DNA of 64,000 nt from contig JALVJE010000138.1 of assembly GCA_027028505.1 (NCBI GenBank), forward strand, positions 1 to 64,000, given 5' to 3'. The stretch is from Bacteroidales bacterium (GTDB lineage Bacteria > Bacteroidota > Bacteroidia > Bacteroidales > VadinHA17). The position numbers and the translations under genes were made by a program. The notes under the pieces are model-generated. The model saw only the letters and a list, made by a program, of their open reading frames with translations, was not told where the DNA came from and did not search any database. This document shows positions 1 to 10,300 of the stretch, piece by piece. Each line of letters begins with the position of its first letter. Positions within the stretch are counted from its first letter, which is position 1.

Positions 1-1
1 T

Positions 2-3000
2 ATCGTTCTAAGTTCGGAGGTTGGGGCCCAGGATAACAGGACGCTGGAGACAAAGATCGCGGATATCCTGGCGCAGATGCCGGCAGGGGATCTTGCTTAC
101 CGCAACAGGCTGGTCTCTGAGCTTTTCACCCTGGGTGACAAGGGCTTTGCCGAACTGGCGGCGATGATCATCCCTCCCGGCACCGGTGACGATGCCGCCG
201 CCCGCATGGCCATCAACAGCATGGCCCGTTATGCTTCACAAGAGGGTAAGGAGACCGAAAAAATCTTTCTGGAAAAAAATCTCCTGACCGCCATAGATGC
301 CGCGCGGGAGCAGGCAGTGAAGCGCTTCCTGATCCACCAGCTCAATCTGGTGATCAGCGATGCCTCCATCCCCGTGCTGCAGGAATATCTCACGGATGAG
401 ACGCTCTGTGAGCCCGCCACGCAGGCGCTCCTCTCCCTGAGCACGGAGCAAGCTGCTGCAACCCTCCTGGAGGCCCTCAAAAAGACGGCTCCTTCAGCCA
501 ACATCACCCTTATCAAAGCATTGGGCGAGTTGCATTATCGACCGGCAGCGCCTCTGCTCACCCAGTATGTGGGCAACAAAGATATCTCCGTACAGCGGGT
601 CACCCTGCAGGCGCTGGCACGCATCGGCGATCCCGCATCGTACGAAACCCTGTGGAACGTTGCTTCCAACACTGCGGCTTACGAGCCCTCCATGGCCCTT
701 TCTTCTTTCCTCACCTACCTAGACAAACTGGGATCGGAAGGCGAACTCACCCTGTGCAAAAAAGGCGTGGATGCCATGCTGAAAAAGTGCAGCGATCCGG
801 CACTGCTGCACTACCGGGCCGATGCCGTCAACCTCTTCGCCCGCTATTTCGGAGAGAAAGCCCTGCCTCTGCTGTACAAAGAAGCCGCCAACCCTGACAA
901 AGCCTACCGGGATGCCGTATTGGTCACGGCCCAGAAAGTGGGGAACATTTCCGTGAGCAAGAAATGGTTCACGCTGGCTGTCAAAGCCTCCCCGGAAGTA
1001 AAGGCGGACATCATCCGTATGCTGGGCAGGAGGGGTGATCCCTCCGTACTGCCCCTCATCGAAAAGAAAAAAATGATGGACGATCCCGACACCGGCGTGC
1101 GGGAAGCTGTCCTGTTCACCTACACTGCCCTCCGGGGCAAGCAGGCGCTGCCTGTGCTGATGGAACACTTGCTGGCAGGAAAGGACATTGACTACACACA
1201 AAAGCTTTTACTGACCCTGATCTCACAAAAGGAGCTCTCCTATGTTGCAGATGCTGCCGGAAAAGCCTCCGGCAAAGCCCTGGCAGCCTGCCTGCAGATC
1301 ATAGGGGAACGGGGTGGCACGGAATATTTTCGGATGATCTATGAACATTGCTCCTCGGAGGATCCTGTGGTACGGCAGGCCGCCTATAATGCCCTGCCGG
1401 GTACCGTAACAGGAGACCGTCTCCCCGAAGCCATCGAATTGCTGCTGGCTGCACAGACAGATAAAGAGTTAGTCCCGGCGCAGGCTGCTGTGGTGAAAGC
1501 CCTGAACGAAAGCCGGGACAGGCAACAGGCTTTCAGCAAACTGGCAGAGGTGATGAACGGCACGGATAAAAAGGACCGCCTCATCGCCCTGCTCCCTGCT
1601 GCCGGCACCCCCGAGGCGTTGGCCATGGCCGAAAAACTATTCTTTACCGGCGGCGGCAATATACAAGCCGCCGCTTTCCGGGCTATCACCCAATGGAAAG
1701 ACCCCTCCGCCACATACACCCTCTATCGTATCGTGGAAAAAGGAATACCGGAGTACCGCGACAAAGCTTTCTCCGCTTATGTGAAAATGATCTCCTCCGC
1801 CAACCTCCCCGACGAGCAGAAGCTCCTGAAGATACGCCGGATCATGCCACTGGCCCGGGGAGGTCAGGAGAAGAGCGAGGCCATCATGGCCCTCGGTAGG
1901 CTACACATCTTTCCCGCCCTGGTCTATACGGGGAAATTCCTGGACGATCCTGAGGTGAGCAACGAGGCAGCCCGTGCCGTGGTGAGCATTGCCCTGCCCA
2001 CGCCGGATGGAAAAAAAGGAATGACGGGTACGATCGTCCGGGACCTACTGACGAAAGCACTCCCCCTCATCAAGGGCAGTGAGAGCGACTACCTGAGAGC
2101 ACAGGTGCAGGACTACCTGGAGAAGATGCCGCAGGACACGGGATTTGTCTCCATGTTCAACGGCAAGGACCTGAGCGGCTGGAAAGGTTTTGTGGCCAAC
2201 CCCATTAAGCTGGCGGAGATGAAGCCGAAAGAGCTGGCCAAAGCCCAGAAAGAAGCGGACAAAAAGATGCATGAGAACTGGAGCGTCAACAAGAACAGCA
2301 TCGTCTTCAACGGTAAAGGCCAGAACCTGGTCTCGGCGAAGAACTATGGCAACTTTGAGCTGTGGGTCGACTGGCGTATCACGAAGGGTGGTGACAGCGG
2401 CATCTACCTGCGCGGATCGCCACAGGTGCAGATCTGGGACACCTCCCGCCGCAACGTGGGTGCCCAGGTAGGCTCGGGCGGTCTATACAACAACAAACGC
2501 AACCGCAGCACACCGCTGAAGGTGGCCGACAATCCCATCGGGGAGTGGAACACTTTCCACATCATCATGATCGACAGCATCGTCACGGTATGGCTCAACG
2601 GCGAGCTGGTGGTCGATCATGTGCCGCTGGAGAACTACTGGGACCGCAGCATCCCCATCTTCCCCACAGGGCCCATCGAGCTGCAGGCCCACGGTAGTAA
2701 CCTGGCTTTTCGCGACATCTACGTCCGAGAAATACCTCCCACAGGATACCAGCTCTCGGAGGAAGAGAAAGCCGAGGGATTCGTTCCCCTCTTCAATGGA
2801 AAGAACCTGGACGGATGGGTGGGCAACAAGACCGATTACGTCGTCGAGGACGGCATGATCGTGGTACGTCCCAAGGAGGGCTCCCACGGCAACCTATACA
2901 CCGAAAAGGAATACAAGGATTTCATCTACCGGTTTGATTTCAAACTGACCCCCGGCGCCAACAACGGCATCGGGATACGGGCACCGCTCCAGGGCGATGC

Positions 3001-3349
3001 CGCCTATGTGGGGATGGAGATACAGGTGCTGGACAACACTGCTCCCATCTACGCTCATCTGAAACCCTACCAGTACCATGGTTCGGTGTACGGGGTCATC
3101 CCGGCCAAAAGAGGATACCTGAAGCCTGTGGGTGAATGGAACCATGAGGAGATCTATGTCAAAGGGAGCCTTGTAAAGGTCACCCTCAACGGTCATGTGA
3201 TCCTGGATGGCGATATCAAAGAGGCCTCCAAAAACGGCACCCTCGACCACAAAGACCATCCCGGCCTGAAAAATGAAAAAGGACACATCGGATTCCTCGG
3301 GCACGGAGATGTGGTCTATTTTAAAAATATCAGGATCAAGGAACTGTGA
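2..3349 (+). CDS. 5'-partial secreted protein: HEAT/PBS-lyase-like repeats followed by two tandem DUF1080 (3-keto-disaccharide hydrolase-like) domains
   Basis: The reading frame is open from window position 2 with no stop upstream of the M at 77, so the gene starts before the window. N-terminal part has repeated alpha-helical LxxALxxxGD/P motifs typical of HEAT repeats. C-terminal part has two copies of the FNGKDLSGW...GDSGIYLRG / FNGKNLDGW...NNGIGIRAP pattern typical of the DUF1080/LamG-like family. Confidence 0.7.
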   Translation: MVLSSEVGAQDNRTLETKIADILAQMPAGDLAYRNRLVSELFTLGDKGFAELAAMIIPPGTGDDAAARMAINSMARYASQEGKETEKIFLEKNLLTAIDAAREQAVKRFLIHQLNLVISDASIPVLQEYLTDETLCEPATQALLSLSTEQAAATLLEALKKTAPSANITLIKALGELHYRPAAPLLTQYVGNKDISVQRVTLQALARIGDPASYETLWNVASNTAAYEPSMALSSFLTYLDKLGSEGELTLCKKGVDAMLKKCSDPALLHYRADAVNLFARYFGEKALPLLYKEAANPDKAYRDAVLVTAQKVGNISVSKKWFTLAVKASPEVKADIIRMLGRRGDPSVLPLIEKKKMMDDPDTGVREAVLFTYTALRGKQALPVLMEHLLAGKDIDYTQKLLLTLISQKELSYVADAAGKASGKALAACLQIIGERGGTEYFRMIYEHCSSEDPVVRQAAYNALPGTVTGDRLPEAIELLLAAQTDKELVPAQAAVVKALNESRDRQQAFSKLAEVMNGTDKKDRLIALLPAAGTPEALAMAEKLFFTGGGNIQAAAFRAITQWKDPSATYTLYRIVEKGIPEYRDKAFSAYVKMISSANLPDEQKLLKIRRIMPLARGGQEKSEAIMALGRLHIFPALVYTGKFLDDPEVSNEAARAVVSIALPTPDGKKGMTGTIVRDLLTKALPLIKGSESDYLRAQVQDYLEKMPQDTGFVSMFNGKDLSGWKGFVANPIKLAEMKPKELAKAQKEADKKMHENWSVNKNSIVFNGKGQNLVSAKNYGNFELWVDWRITKGGDSGIYLRGSPQVQIWDTSRRNVGAQVGSGGLYNNKRNRSTPLKVADNPIGEWNTFHIIMIDSIVTVWLNGELVVDHVPLENYWDRSIPIFPTGPIELQAHGSNLAFRDIYVREIPPTGYQLSEEEKAEGFVPLFNGKNLDGWVGNKTDYVVEDGMIVVRPKEGSHGNLYTEKEYKDFIYRFDFKLTPGANNGIGIRAPLQGDAAYVGMEIQVLDNTAPIYAHLKPYQYHGSVYGVIPAKRGYLKPVGEWNHEEIYVKGSLVKVTLNGHVILDGDIKEASKNGTLDHKDHPGLKNEKGHIGFLGHGDVVYFKNIRIKEL

Positions 3350-3350
3350 T

Positions 3351-3384
3351 AAAAAAGAGCGGAAAAGTCCCGCTCTTTTTTATT
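3351..3384. terminator. Bidirectional rho-independent terminator between convergent genes
   Basis: Stem aagagcgg / ccgctctt with loop aaaagtc, flanked by an A-run on one side and a T-run on the other. It lies between the stop of the + gene (3349) and the stop of the - gene (3380). Confidence 0.5.
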
Positions 3385-5674
3385 GTTTAATGACTTTATA
3401 CAGCCCCGTACGTTCGCCATTTCTGATACCAATAAACCACACTCCTGCCGGACGCTCCGTCATATCCAGGGTAAAGGCGGAAAGGCTGTTGTTGTCATGG
3501 AACCGGTATTGCGCCGCAATGCGGCCCCGGCTATCCATCAACGTCAGGTTAATCTCTCCGGCAGGCTCCTCACACAGGAAATGCACATGCGTCTTGACCG
3601 GATTAGGGTATATCTCCAAAGGGAAAGGCTCCGGATCTCCAGGGGATTCGGGAGACTCCCCCAGGGTCGTAACCATACGGTTCGAGAAAACGACCAGGTT
3701 GGCCGAGACATAGTACACGGGGTTGAAACCATCCAGGCAGTTGGGACAGGTCACACCTGATACACACGCCGGATTATGCGGATGACACAAGTCCACATAA
3801 GAGGTATCAAAGATGTAGGATAAGGTCACCGTATCACCGTAAATAAAATCGGAAAGATCGTATCTGTATCGTTTGGCCAAGGAACCGGGACACCAGCCCG
3901 CCCTGTCATAATACCAGGTACCGTGCTGACCGGTACAGTTATCAGGATTGGGATTACACTGCTGCCAAAGATCCTGTTCATAGGAATGGCCGTTAACATA
4001 GATGTGATGCACTGCATGGTAGAATTCAGCCGCATTGTCCGTATTGTTCTGGCCCCAGCCATGGCCGGTGGTGACCAGGTCGAGGAATGCTTTTTCGCCG
4101 TAGTCATGAATATCAAGAGAGACTTCCGGTACAGGCTGCAGGTTGGCCGGATCGCCGAACGGGTAATGACCGTTCCAGACAAGATAAACGTGGCTGTACG
4201 GGTAGTTGGGTTTCCCTGCGACATATTCCAGGTCAAGGGTCACCTCCCATCCTCCGGTTCCCCAGGTGCCTATGGACAATTTCCACGGCACATCTCCCTG
4301 CAGGAGAGAAACATAATCTGTCAGGTCGAGGGTGTGATCGCAAGGAATACCATAAGGGGTGATGTAACGGATGATCTCGATCCACTGCCCTTCGGGCGAC
4401 AACACCTGCACACGGGCCACGCGGTCCCAATCGTCACACCCTCCGGCAATCCCGGGGCAGGTGACACTAAAATGTCCTATGATGCGCGAATAAGCCCCGG
4501 TGAATTGCGGCACATGCATCGTATCACGGGCAACCTGTCCCGGACTGGGAAAATTGATCAGCACATGATCCAATGCTCTGACCGTAGTGGAAGAAGCCTC
4601 CCGTACCACTGTGACAAGGTAATCATGTGCGGTGGCATTACCATTGTCGGCAAAGGCTGTCACATGGATATCGTAAGTACCGTAATGATCCGGCATCCAG
4701 TTGACCACCACCACATCCCCCTCGCGATAAGCCGTTACGCTTTCCCCGTCGATGGTCACGGCGATCTCCCCCAGGTGGATCTGACCGGGATAGGCGATGG
4801 ATGCGGAGAACCACAAAGGATATCCTTTGAGCTCCGGCATATATACCGGCTGCTGTTCGGAAAGGTGGGTGGCAATAACCGGATAATAATGGGAAAGATC
4901 TGTCAGCCGGAAGCATCTTATCACAGTAGCAGGATAGAGCGTATCGTTCCCGGATACGGTAGCCTCAATGCAGACCGGCCCGCTGCCGTCCTCAACAAAA
5001 TACAGGGTGTCATGGGAAACATGTACCGGCCCGGAAATCCGGCGGAATGAGACCGGCAAACCGCTCGAAGAAATCGCTTCCAACCGCAGGATACTGTCGC
5101 GGGTGAACTGTTCGGGAATGTGCGGAAAAGAGATCCACTGATTTATTCTGTATTCCGCCGGTGGGGGTTCGCTGCGGTAAATAACCAGGTCATTGGTATG
5201 GACATTGTCACTGGAAGGATGGGTGTTGGTAAGGTACATGATCTTCACATACCGCCCTTTTACGGGGCCGAAAAACACCTTCCGCCTTGCCAGGTCGTTC
5301 TCATCAAGCCAGTCAAATATGCCCGTAGCTACCGGATCACCCCATAGTCCCGGATCGTTTGACACGAAAAAGGCAAAGCTGTCTGCCCGGGTAGCAGGGT
5401 TCCTTACATTGGGCAGATAACTGAAGCCACTAACAGGGAGGGTGTCCCCAAGATCCAGGATCAGCACTCCCGGCAGGGAATATCCTGCAGCATTGTAGAG
5501 GGCCCACCAGGTGGCCGTATCGTCATCCATGGCATAGGCGGCAGGATGATTCTCATTATCGCTGGATACGGCAACGATTTGGTATTGGGCGGCAGGAACC
5601 GGAATCGTGTCAGCCTTCCCCGTAGCGAGTGAGAGAGCAGACAGGATAAACCATAAAATAACAGATATTTTCAT
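3380..5674 (-). CDS. Secreted PNGase F-like peptide-N-glycosidase with N-terminal F5/8 type C (discoidin) and Ig-like domains and a T9SS C-terminal sorting domain
   Basis: Signal peptide MKISVILWFILSALSLATG. Discoidin-like segment (AAYAMDDDTATWW...). The segment CPGIAGGCDDWDRVARVQV...WIEIIRYITPYGIP and WYYDRAGWCPG closely recalls Elizabethkingia PNGase F (CDEWDRYANVYV...WYEIGRFITPY; DRAGWCPG). C-terminus ...YPNPV...LTLMD..GRI...GLYKVIKQ is a typical Por/T9SS type-A CTD. Confidence 0.6.
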   Translation of the reverse strand: MKISVILWFILSALSLATGKADTIPVPAAQYQIVAVSSDNENHPAAYAMDDDTATWWALYNAAGYSLPGVLILDLGDTLPVSGFSYLPNVRNPATRADSFAFFVSNDPGLWGDPVATGIFDWLDENDLARRKVFFGPVKGRYVKIMYLTNTHPSSDNVHTNDLVIYRSEPPPAEYRINQWISFPHIPEQFTRDSILRLEAISSSGLPVSFRRISGPVHVSHDTLYFVEDGSGPVCIEATVSGNDTLYPATVIRCFRLTDLSHYYPVIATHLSEQQPVYMPELKGYPLWFSASIAYPGQIHLGEIAVTIDGESVTAYREGDVVVVNWMPDHYGTYDIHVTAFADNGNATAHDYLVTVVREASSTTVRALDHVLINFPSPGQVARDTMHVPQFTGAYSRIIGHFSVTCPGIAGGCDDWDRVARVQVLSPEGQWIEIIRYITPYGIPCDHTLDLTDYVSLLQGDVPWKLSIGTWGTGGWEVTLDLEYVAGKPNYPYSHVYLVWNGHYPFGDPANLQPVPEVSLDIHDYGEKAFLDLVTTGHGWGQNNTDNAAEFYHAVHHIYVNGHSYEQDLWQQCNPNPDNCTGQHGTWYYDRAGWCPGSLAKRYRYDLSDFIYGDTVTLSYIFDTSYVDLCHPHNPACVSGVTCPNCLDGFNPVYYVSANLVVFSNRMVTTLGESPESPGDPEPFPLEIYPNPVKTHVHFLCEEPAGEINLTLMDSRGRIAAQYRFHDNNSLSAFTLDMTERPAGVWFIGIRNGERTGLYKVIKQ

Positions 5675-5681
5675 AAAACAA

Positions 5682-5712
5682 GTATCATTAAAAAAAAGGG
5701 GATGAAAACATC
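5682..5712 (-). terminator. Rho-independent terminator downstream of the susC/susD-like pair (minus strand)
   Basis: Hairpin ggggatg-aaa-catcccc followed on the minus strand by a T-run (A-run 5682-5689 on plus), immediately after the SusD-like stop at 5736. Confidence 0.5.
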
Positions 5713-5735
5713 CCCTTTATTATCCATACTAACAC

Positions 5736-7352
5736 CTACGGCTCCGGAAAGACGGGAGGATTGACATCCCAGAAAACCCGGGTATTAAGATCATCCTTAT
5801 CCTTCACGGCTGCATAATTTTCAGCATTCAACTTTTTCTCCGACTCGGGATAGAGCCAGCGTACAGGAGGCCAGTTCTGACCACTCTGGGTATCCTTCAT
5901 AAAGTAGAACACCGGTTTGTCAAGACGGCGCACCTCAGCCCATGTCTGGGGCATACCTCCCAGGCCGCTGTTGATCCATTTTTGTTCGGCAATAAGCGTC
6001 ATCTTGGCATCATCATCAGCCGCCTGGTCCCAGGAGACGCCGGGCATGGTGAGATAGGCATCCACACTGTCCTGATTCATCGGGATAGGATCACGGTAAT
6101 CGCCGGTAGCATTGATATTATAATAGAACTCAATAGACTGACGTACACCCTGCTCATAGGCAGCTTTTGCCAGAGCATCCTGTCCACCTTTCAGAAGGAC
6201 TTCAGCCTTGATAAAACTCACTTCCGCTGCCGAGATTACGAATCCTGGGAAATAGTGGTTACGCATGAACGTAGAACTATCATAGCGAGCCACCAGGCCG
6301 TCAGATGCTTTCTGGCTCTGGGTAGAGGCATCCTCCAGAGGATCCACGCCCACATAGACCCCCTCAACATTGGGGTCGAAAGTGATCTCCAGACGGGGAT
6401 CATGATGTGTGACCATGTGGTCCACCAAGGCATAAGGGGCCAGGTCATATTGGCCCCAGGTGGCCATAGCCTGCCATATACCTCCGTGCATACTTGAGGT
6501 TGTGGCATACAGATCGGGGCCTCCGGCATCCAGCATCACATTCTCATCATTGTTATCAATAACGGGATACTTGGCAGGATCAGACAAAATTTCAGTCATT
6601 TCCTGCTGAACCCTTGCCTGGAACTCAGGTACGGCAGATACACGCAGCAGCATACGCAGGCGCAAGGAATTACAGTACTTCTTCCAGATGGTCAGATCAC
6701 CGTCATTCAGGTAATCCTTGTCAGCAAAAAGATTAGCATAAAAAGAGGGAACATGGATCGTATCGAGCACTTCTGCAAGATACTTCAGATCGTCAAGCAT
6801 CGCATTATAGATATCTTCTGCTTTATCATACGGAGGAAGCGAGGCCTTCAGATCACCTTCATCTCTGACCATACCGGCTTTCGACCAGGGGATATCTCCA
6901 TAAATATCAACCACCTGCTCGGTCTGATCGTAAAAGAAGATCGTAGCTGCCAGCATGAAGATCCGGTAATCCGATTTGTCGGTCTCATTCAATTTGTCGT
7001 ACAACCGCTGCATTTCGCGATACTGGGTCATAACACCGTTGTAGTACTGACCCCAGCGCCAATCCATGGCGGCAGCCGGCGGGATATACTGGTCTTTCCC
7101 GTTAAACCAACCCATTACCTGGGTATAGTGTCCCATCGTCGGTTGTTCCACAACAAAGAAACGCCAGTACCAGGGCATTACCACCTGATTGGCACTTTTC
7201 AGAACCCCCGTAAAGAAATTATCCACCGTCGCCACACTGGTCTTCTGGGGATTGGGATAGAGTTCAGCCAATTTATCTTTATCGCAACCGCTCAGCAAAA
7301 GCCCCACGGTCGCAATGAAAGATAATAACAGATATTTATTGTTTCTTTTCAT
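5736..7352 (-). CDS. SusD/RagB-family nutrient-binding outer-membrane lipoprotein
   Basis: Lipoprotein signal MKRNNKYLLLSFIATVGLLLSGC. About 540 aa with a composition typical of SusD-like proteins. Sits immediately downstream of a SusC-like TonB-dependent receptor with a 20-nt gap. Confidence 0.85.
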   Translation of the reverse strand: MKRNNKYLLLSFIATVGLLLSGCDKDKLAELYPNPQKTSVATVDNFFTGVLKSANQVVMPWYWRFFVVEQPTMGHYTQVMGWFNGKDQYIPPAAAMDWRWGQYYNGVMTQYREMQRLYDKLNETDKSDYRIFMLAATIFFYDQTEQVVDIYGDIPWSKAGMVRDEGDLKASLPPYDKAEDIYNAMLDDLKYLAEVLDTIHVPSFYANLFADKDYLNDGDLTIWKKYCNSLRLRMLLRVSAVPEFQARVQQEMTEILSDPAKYPVIDNNDENVMLDAGGPDLYATTSSMHGGIWQAMATWGQYDLAPYALVDHMVTHHDPRLEITFDPNVEGVYVGVDPLEDASTQSQKASDGLVARYDSSTFMRNHYFPGFVISAAEVSFIKAEVLLKGGQDALAKAAYEQGVRQSIEFYYNINATGDYRDPIPMNQDSVDAYLTMPGVSWDQAADDDAKMTLIAEQKWINSGLGGMPQTWAEVRRLDKPVFYFMKDTQSGQNWPPVRWLYPESEKKLNAENYAAVKDKDDLNTRVFWDVNPPVFPEP

Positions 7353-7372
7353 GATTCTATCGGTTTTTCAGA

Positions 7373-10300
7373 TTAAAAACTTGTCCTGACGGTAAACCCA
7401 ATGCTCCTGGCAGCTGAGGTGGAACCGCCTACAACAGCAGCTTTCACCCAGTTGGTACCCAGGGTGGTTTCCGCATCAAAGTCTTTGAAAGTACGGTAGA
7501 TGTAAAACAGGTTGAAACCTGTCAGGGCTACCCGGATTCTGCTGAATTTCAGTTTGGAGACCAGGCTCTGGGGAAGATTATAGCCGATCGACATCTCCCT
7601 CATTTTTACATAATCATTCTTTCTCACAGCATCATCATAACGGCTGTAAGGGATTCCCCAGGCAGGATTGGCGCCCCAGGTGAAGGTATTCATGTAATAG
7701 GTAGCTGCATCTACGATGATATCATTGGGAGAACCATCGCTCGATTTTACACCGGGAAGGATCAAGCCGTCATGGAACACTCTCTCACCGTTAGGTCCTT
7801 GATCACTGGATGTTTGTATCTTTTCGTTGGTATTCGGATCAATATAATAGGAGATCCCTCCGTGAGCAGCATCTCTATATTTAAGGGTTTCCTCAAACAT
7901 ACCGGCACCTTTCATATACTGGCTCGGCAGAGAAACGATCGAACCTCCGAAACGGTAATCAATACCGAAATCCAGATAAACTCCTTTGTACTCAAAATAG
8001 TTGCCGATACCGCCGACGATCTTAGGGGTGGCATTGCCCACCTTTTTCATCTCGGTGAAGTCGATTTCATACAATCCGTCGGGATCATTGACAATATAAT
8101 TCCCGTTCTCATCTTTTTTGGGAAGATAAGCCAGGATATCACCCATAGGTTTGCCGGGTTCGGAAACAATGAGTGCAGCTCCTGCATCTATATTACGATG
8201 GGTCAGCCTGTCCACACCCTCCATCAAACTCACCACTTTATTGCGGTTGATGGAGAAATTACTGCGAATGGTCCAAACAAAGTCAGAGTTCTGCATGATA
8301 CTCGCATTCAGGCTGAATTCATAACCATGGTTAGCCAGTTCACCCACATTGGTAAGCATACGGCCTGCCCCTACGGTAGGCGGCACGGTCAGCCACAGGA
8401 TCTGATCGTTGATATGGTTGTTGTAATAAGTCAACTCAAATCCCAACCTGTCATGAAAAAACCTCATCTCCAGGCCGGTTTCAAATTCGGCCTTTTTCTC
8501 TGGACGGATCTTGTCATTTCCATAACTGCTGGGAACCATATTGTAAACAATACCATTTACGTTCCCTTGGTTATAGGCATTGTTCGCCGCATAGATCGGA
8601 GGTGCGTTACCCACGATACCGTACGATACCCTGAACTTACCGAAAGAGATCAGATCAGGCAACTGGAAAGCATCCGAGAAAATAAAACTACTGTTAAGGG
8701 AGGGATAGAAGAATGAATTGCTTCCGGGAGGTAGTGTGGACGAAGCTTCCTGACGCCCCGTCAATTCCAGGAAGGCATAATCCCGGAAACTTATGCTGGC
8801 CGTTCCCAACCATGCATAACGCATCAGTTCGGAATAGCTTCCATTTCCGTTCTTGGTACCTGTATTTACGGAAGCATTGATCGAGAACCAGTTCTCCGCG
8901 CTCAACCCCCCTCGTGTACCTACCGACATATTGGTATATTTCTCATGACGTCCTTGGAACCCGGCATTCACGATCAGCCGGAAATCATCTCCCAGTTTTT
9001 TATTCACCGACAAAAGAGCATCCCCGTAAAGACGTCCGTATCGCTTGTCATTCATGTAAAAACCGCCGGAATTCCCGATAGCCAGCGGAACTTTGTTGTG
9101 GAGCCTGTCTTCGGAATACAGGAAGGTATAATCCTCTGCAATACGTCCTCTCAACGAGAGCCAGTCGGTGATCTCCCAATGCATCGTTGCACTGCTGATC
9201 AAACGGTTGGTATACTCTTCATTGAGGTTACGAAGGGTTCTCCAGAAAAAGTCGAGCAAAGCCGTTGCACGCACCCGGTATTGCAGGTTCTCATCAGGCG
9301 TTGCACTGGGCTGGTTGCCGGTCCTGAAATAATAGTTTTTGGACGTTTTGTAATTGTCCAGATACCACTGCATATCATCAAAACGACTGAAGAATCCTCC
9401 GTAGTTGTTGGTAATACGGTCGATCCTGTAAGGGCGGTTCCGCACATACTGGTTGACATAATTCATGGTCAGGTCGACCGTGAGGCGCTTGGAAAGTTTC
9501 AACGAGGAATTTAGGTTAAATGTGTTCTTATTGGTATGCCCCCCCCGCTGCACACCCCGGTAATCGAGACGGGTATATGAAAACCGGAAGTTACCGAACT
9601 CACCGGCTTTGCTGAAGGCGATGTTGGCCTCCGAATTGAAGCCGGTGCGGAACATATTCTTCCAGTTGTCAGGCTGAGCCACATAAGGATGCATCTGGTT
9701 ATCCCAACCGATCACCTGACGGCCGTCGAATTTGGGACCAAATTGCGCATACGAACGGTAAATAGGTCTGGGTGTTTCAGCTTTACCATCCCCATCCAGA
9801 TCCTCATATACCCAGCCGTCGTCATCGGCACCGAAATATGCCTGGTTGATATCCCGGCTGTATCCGGGGCCATATTCATTCTGGAAAGGAGGTTCAAAAG
9901 CGGGAGTCAGGTTAAGGTAACGATAATTGAAATCGATGCCCAGGCCGTTGGTTTTCCGGCCTTTCTTGGTCTCGATCACGATCACCCCGTTGGCCGCCTC
10001 CGATCCGTAGAGTGCCGAAGCCGAAGCTCCTTTCAAGACGGAAATACTGGCGATGTCCTCGGGGTTTACGTCCAGCAACCCATTTCCCCGGATCCGCTGG
10101 TCCCCCCAATAACCGGAGTTATTGGCTTCGCCGTTCCGGATGGGCACCCCGTCGAGAATGATCAACGGCTGGCTACTGAAATTAATGGAATTCAAACCGC
10201 GTACCGTGATAGATACGGCACTAGTGGGCCCCCCCGGGGCGGTCTGGATACGTACACCGGCCGCTTTCCCATAAAGAGCCGAACCGAAGTTGGAAGCTCC

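Noticed and set aside
3923-5050. 375-aa plus-strand ORF
   Set aside because: Antisense to the PNGase F-like gene, which has strong homology-type support. Artefact.
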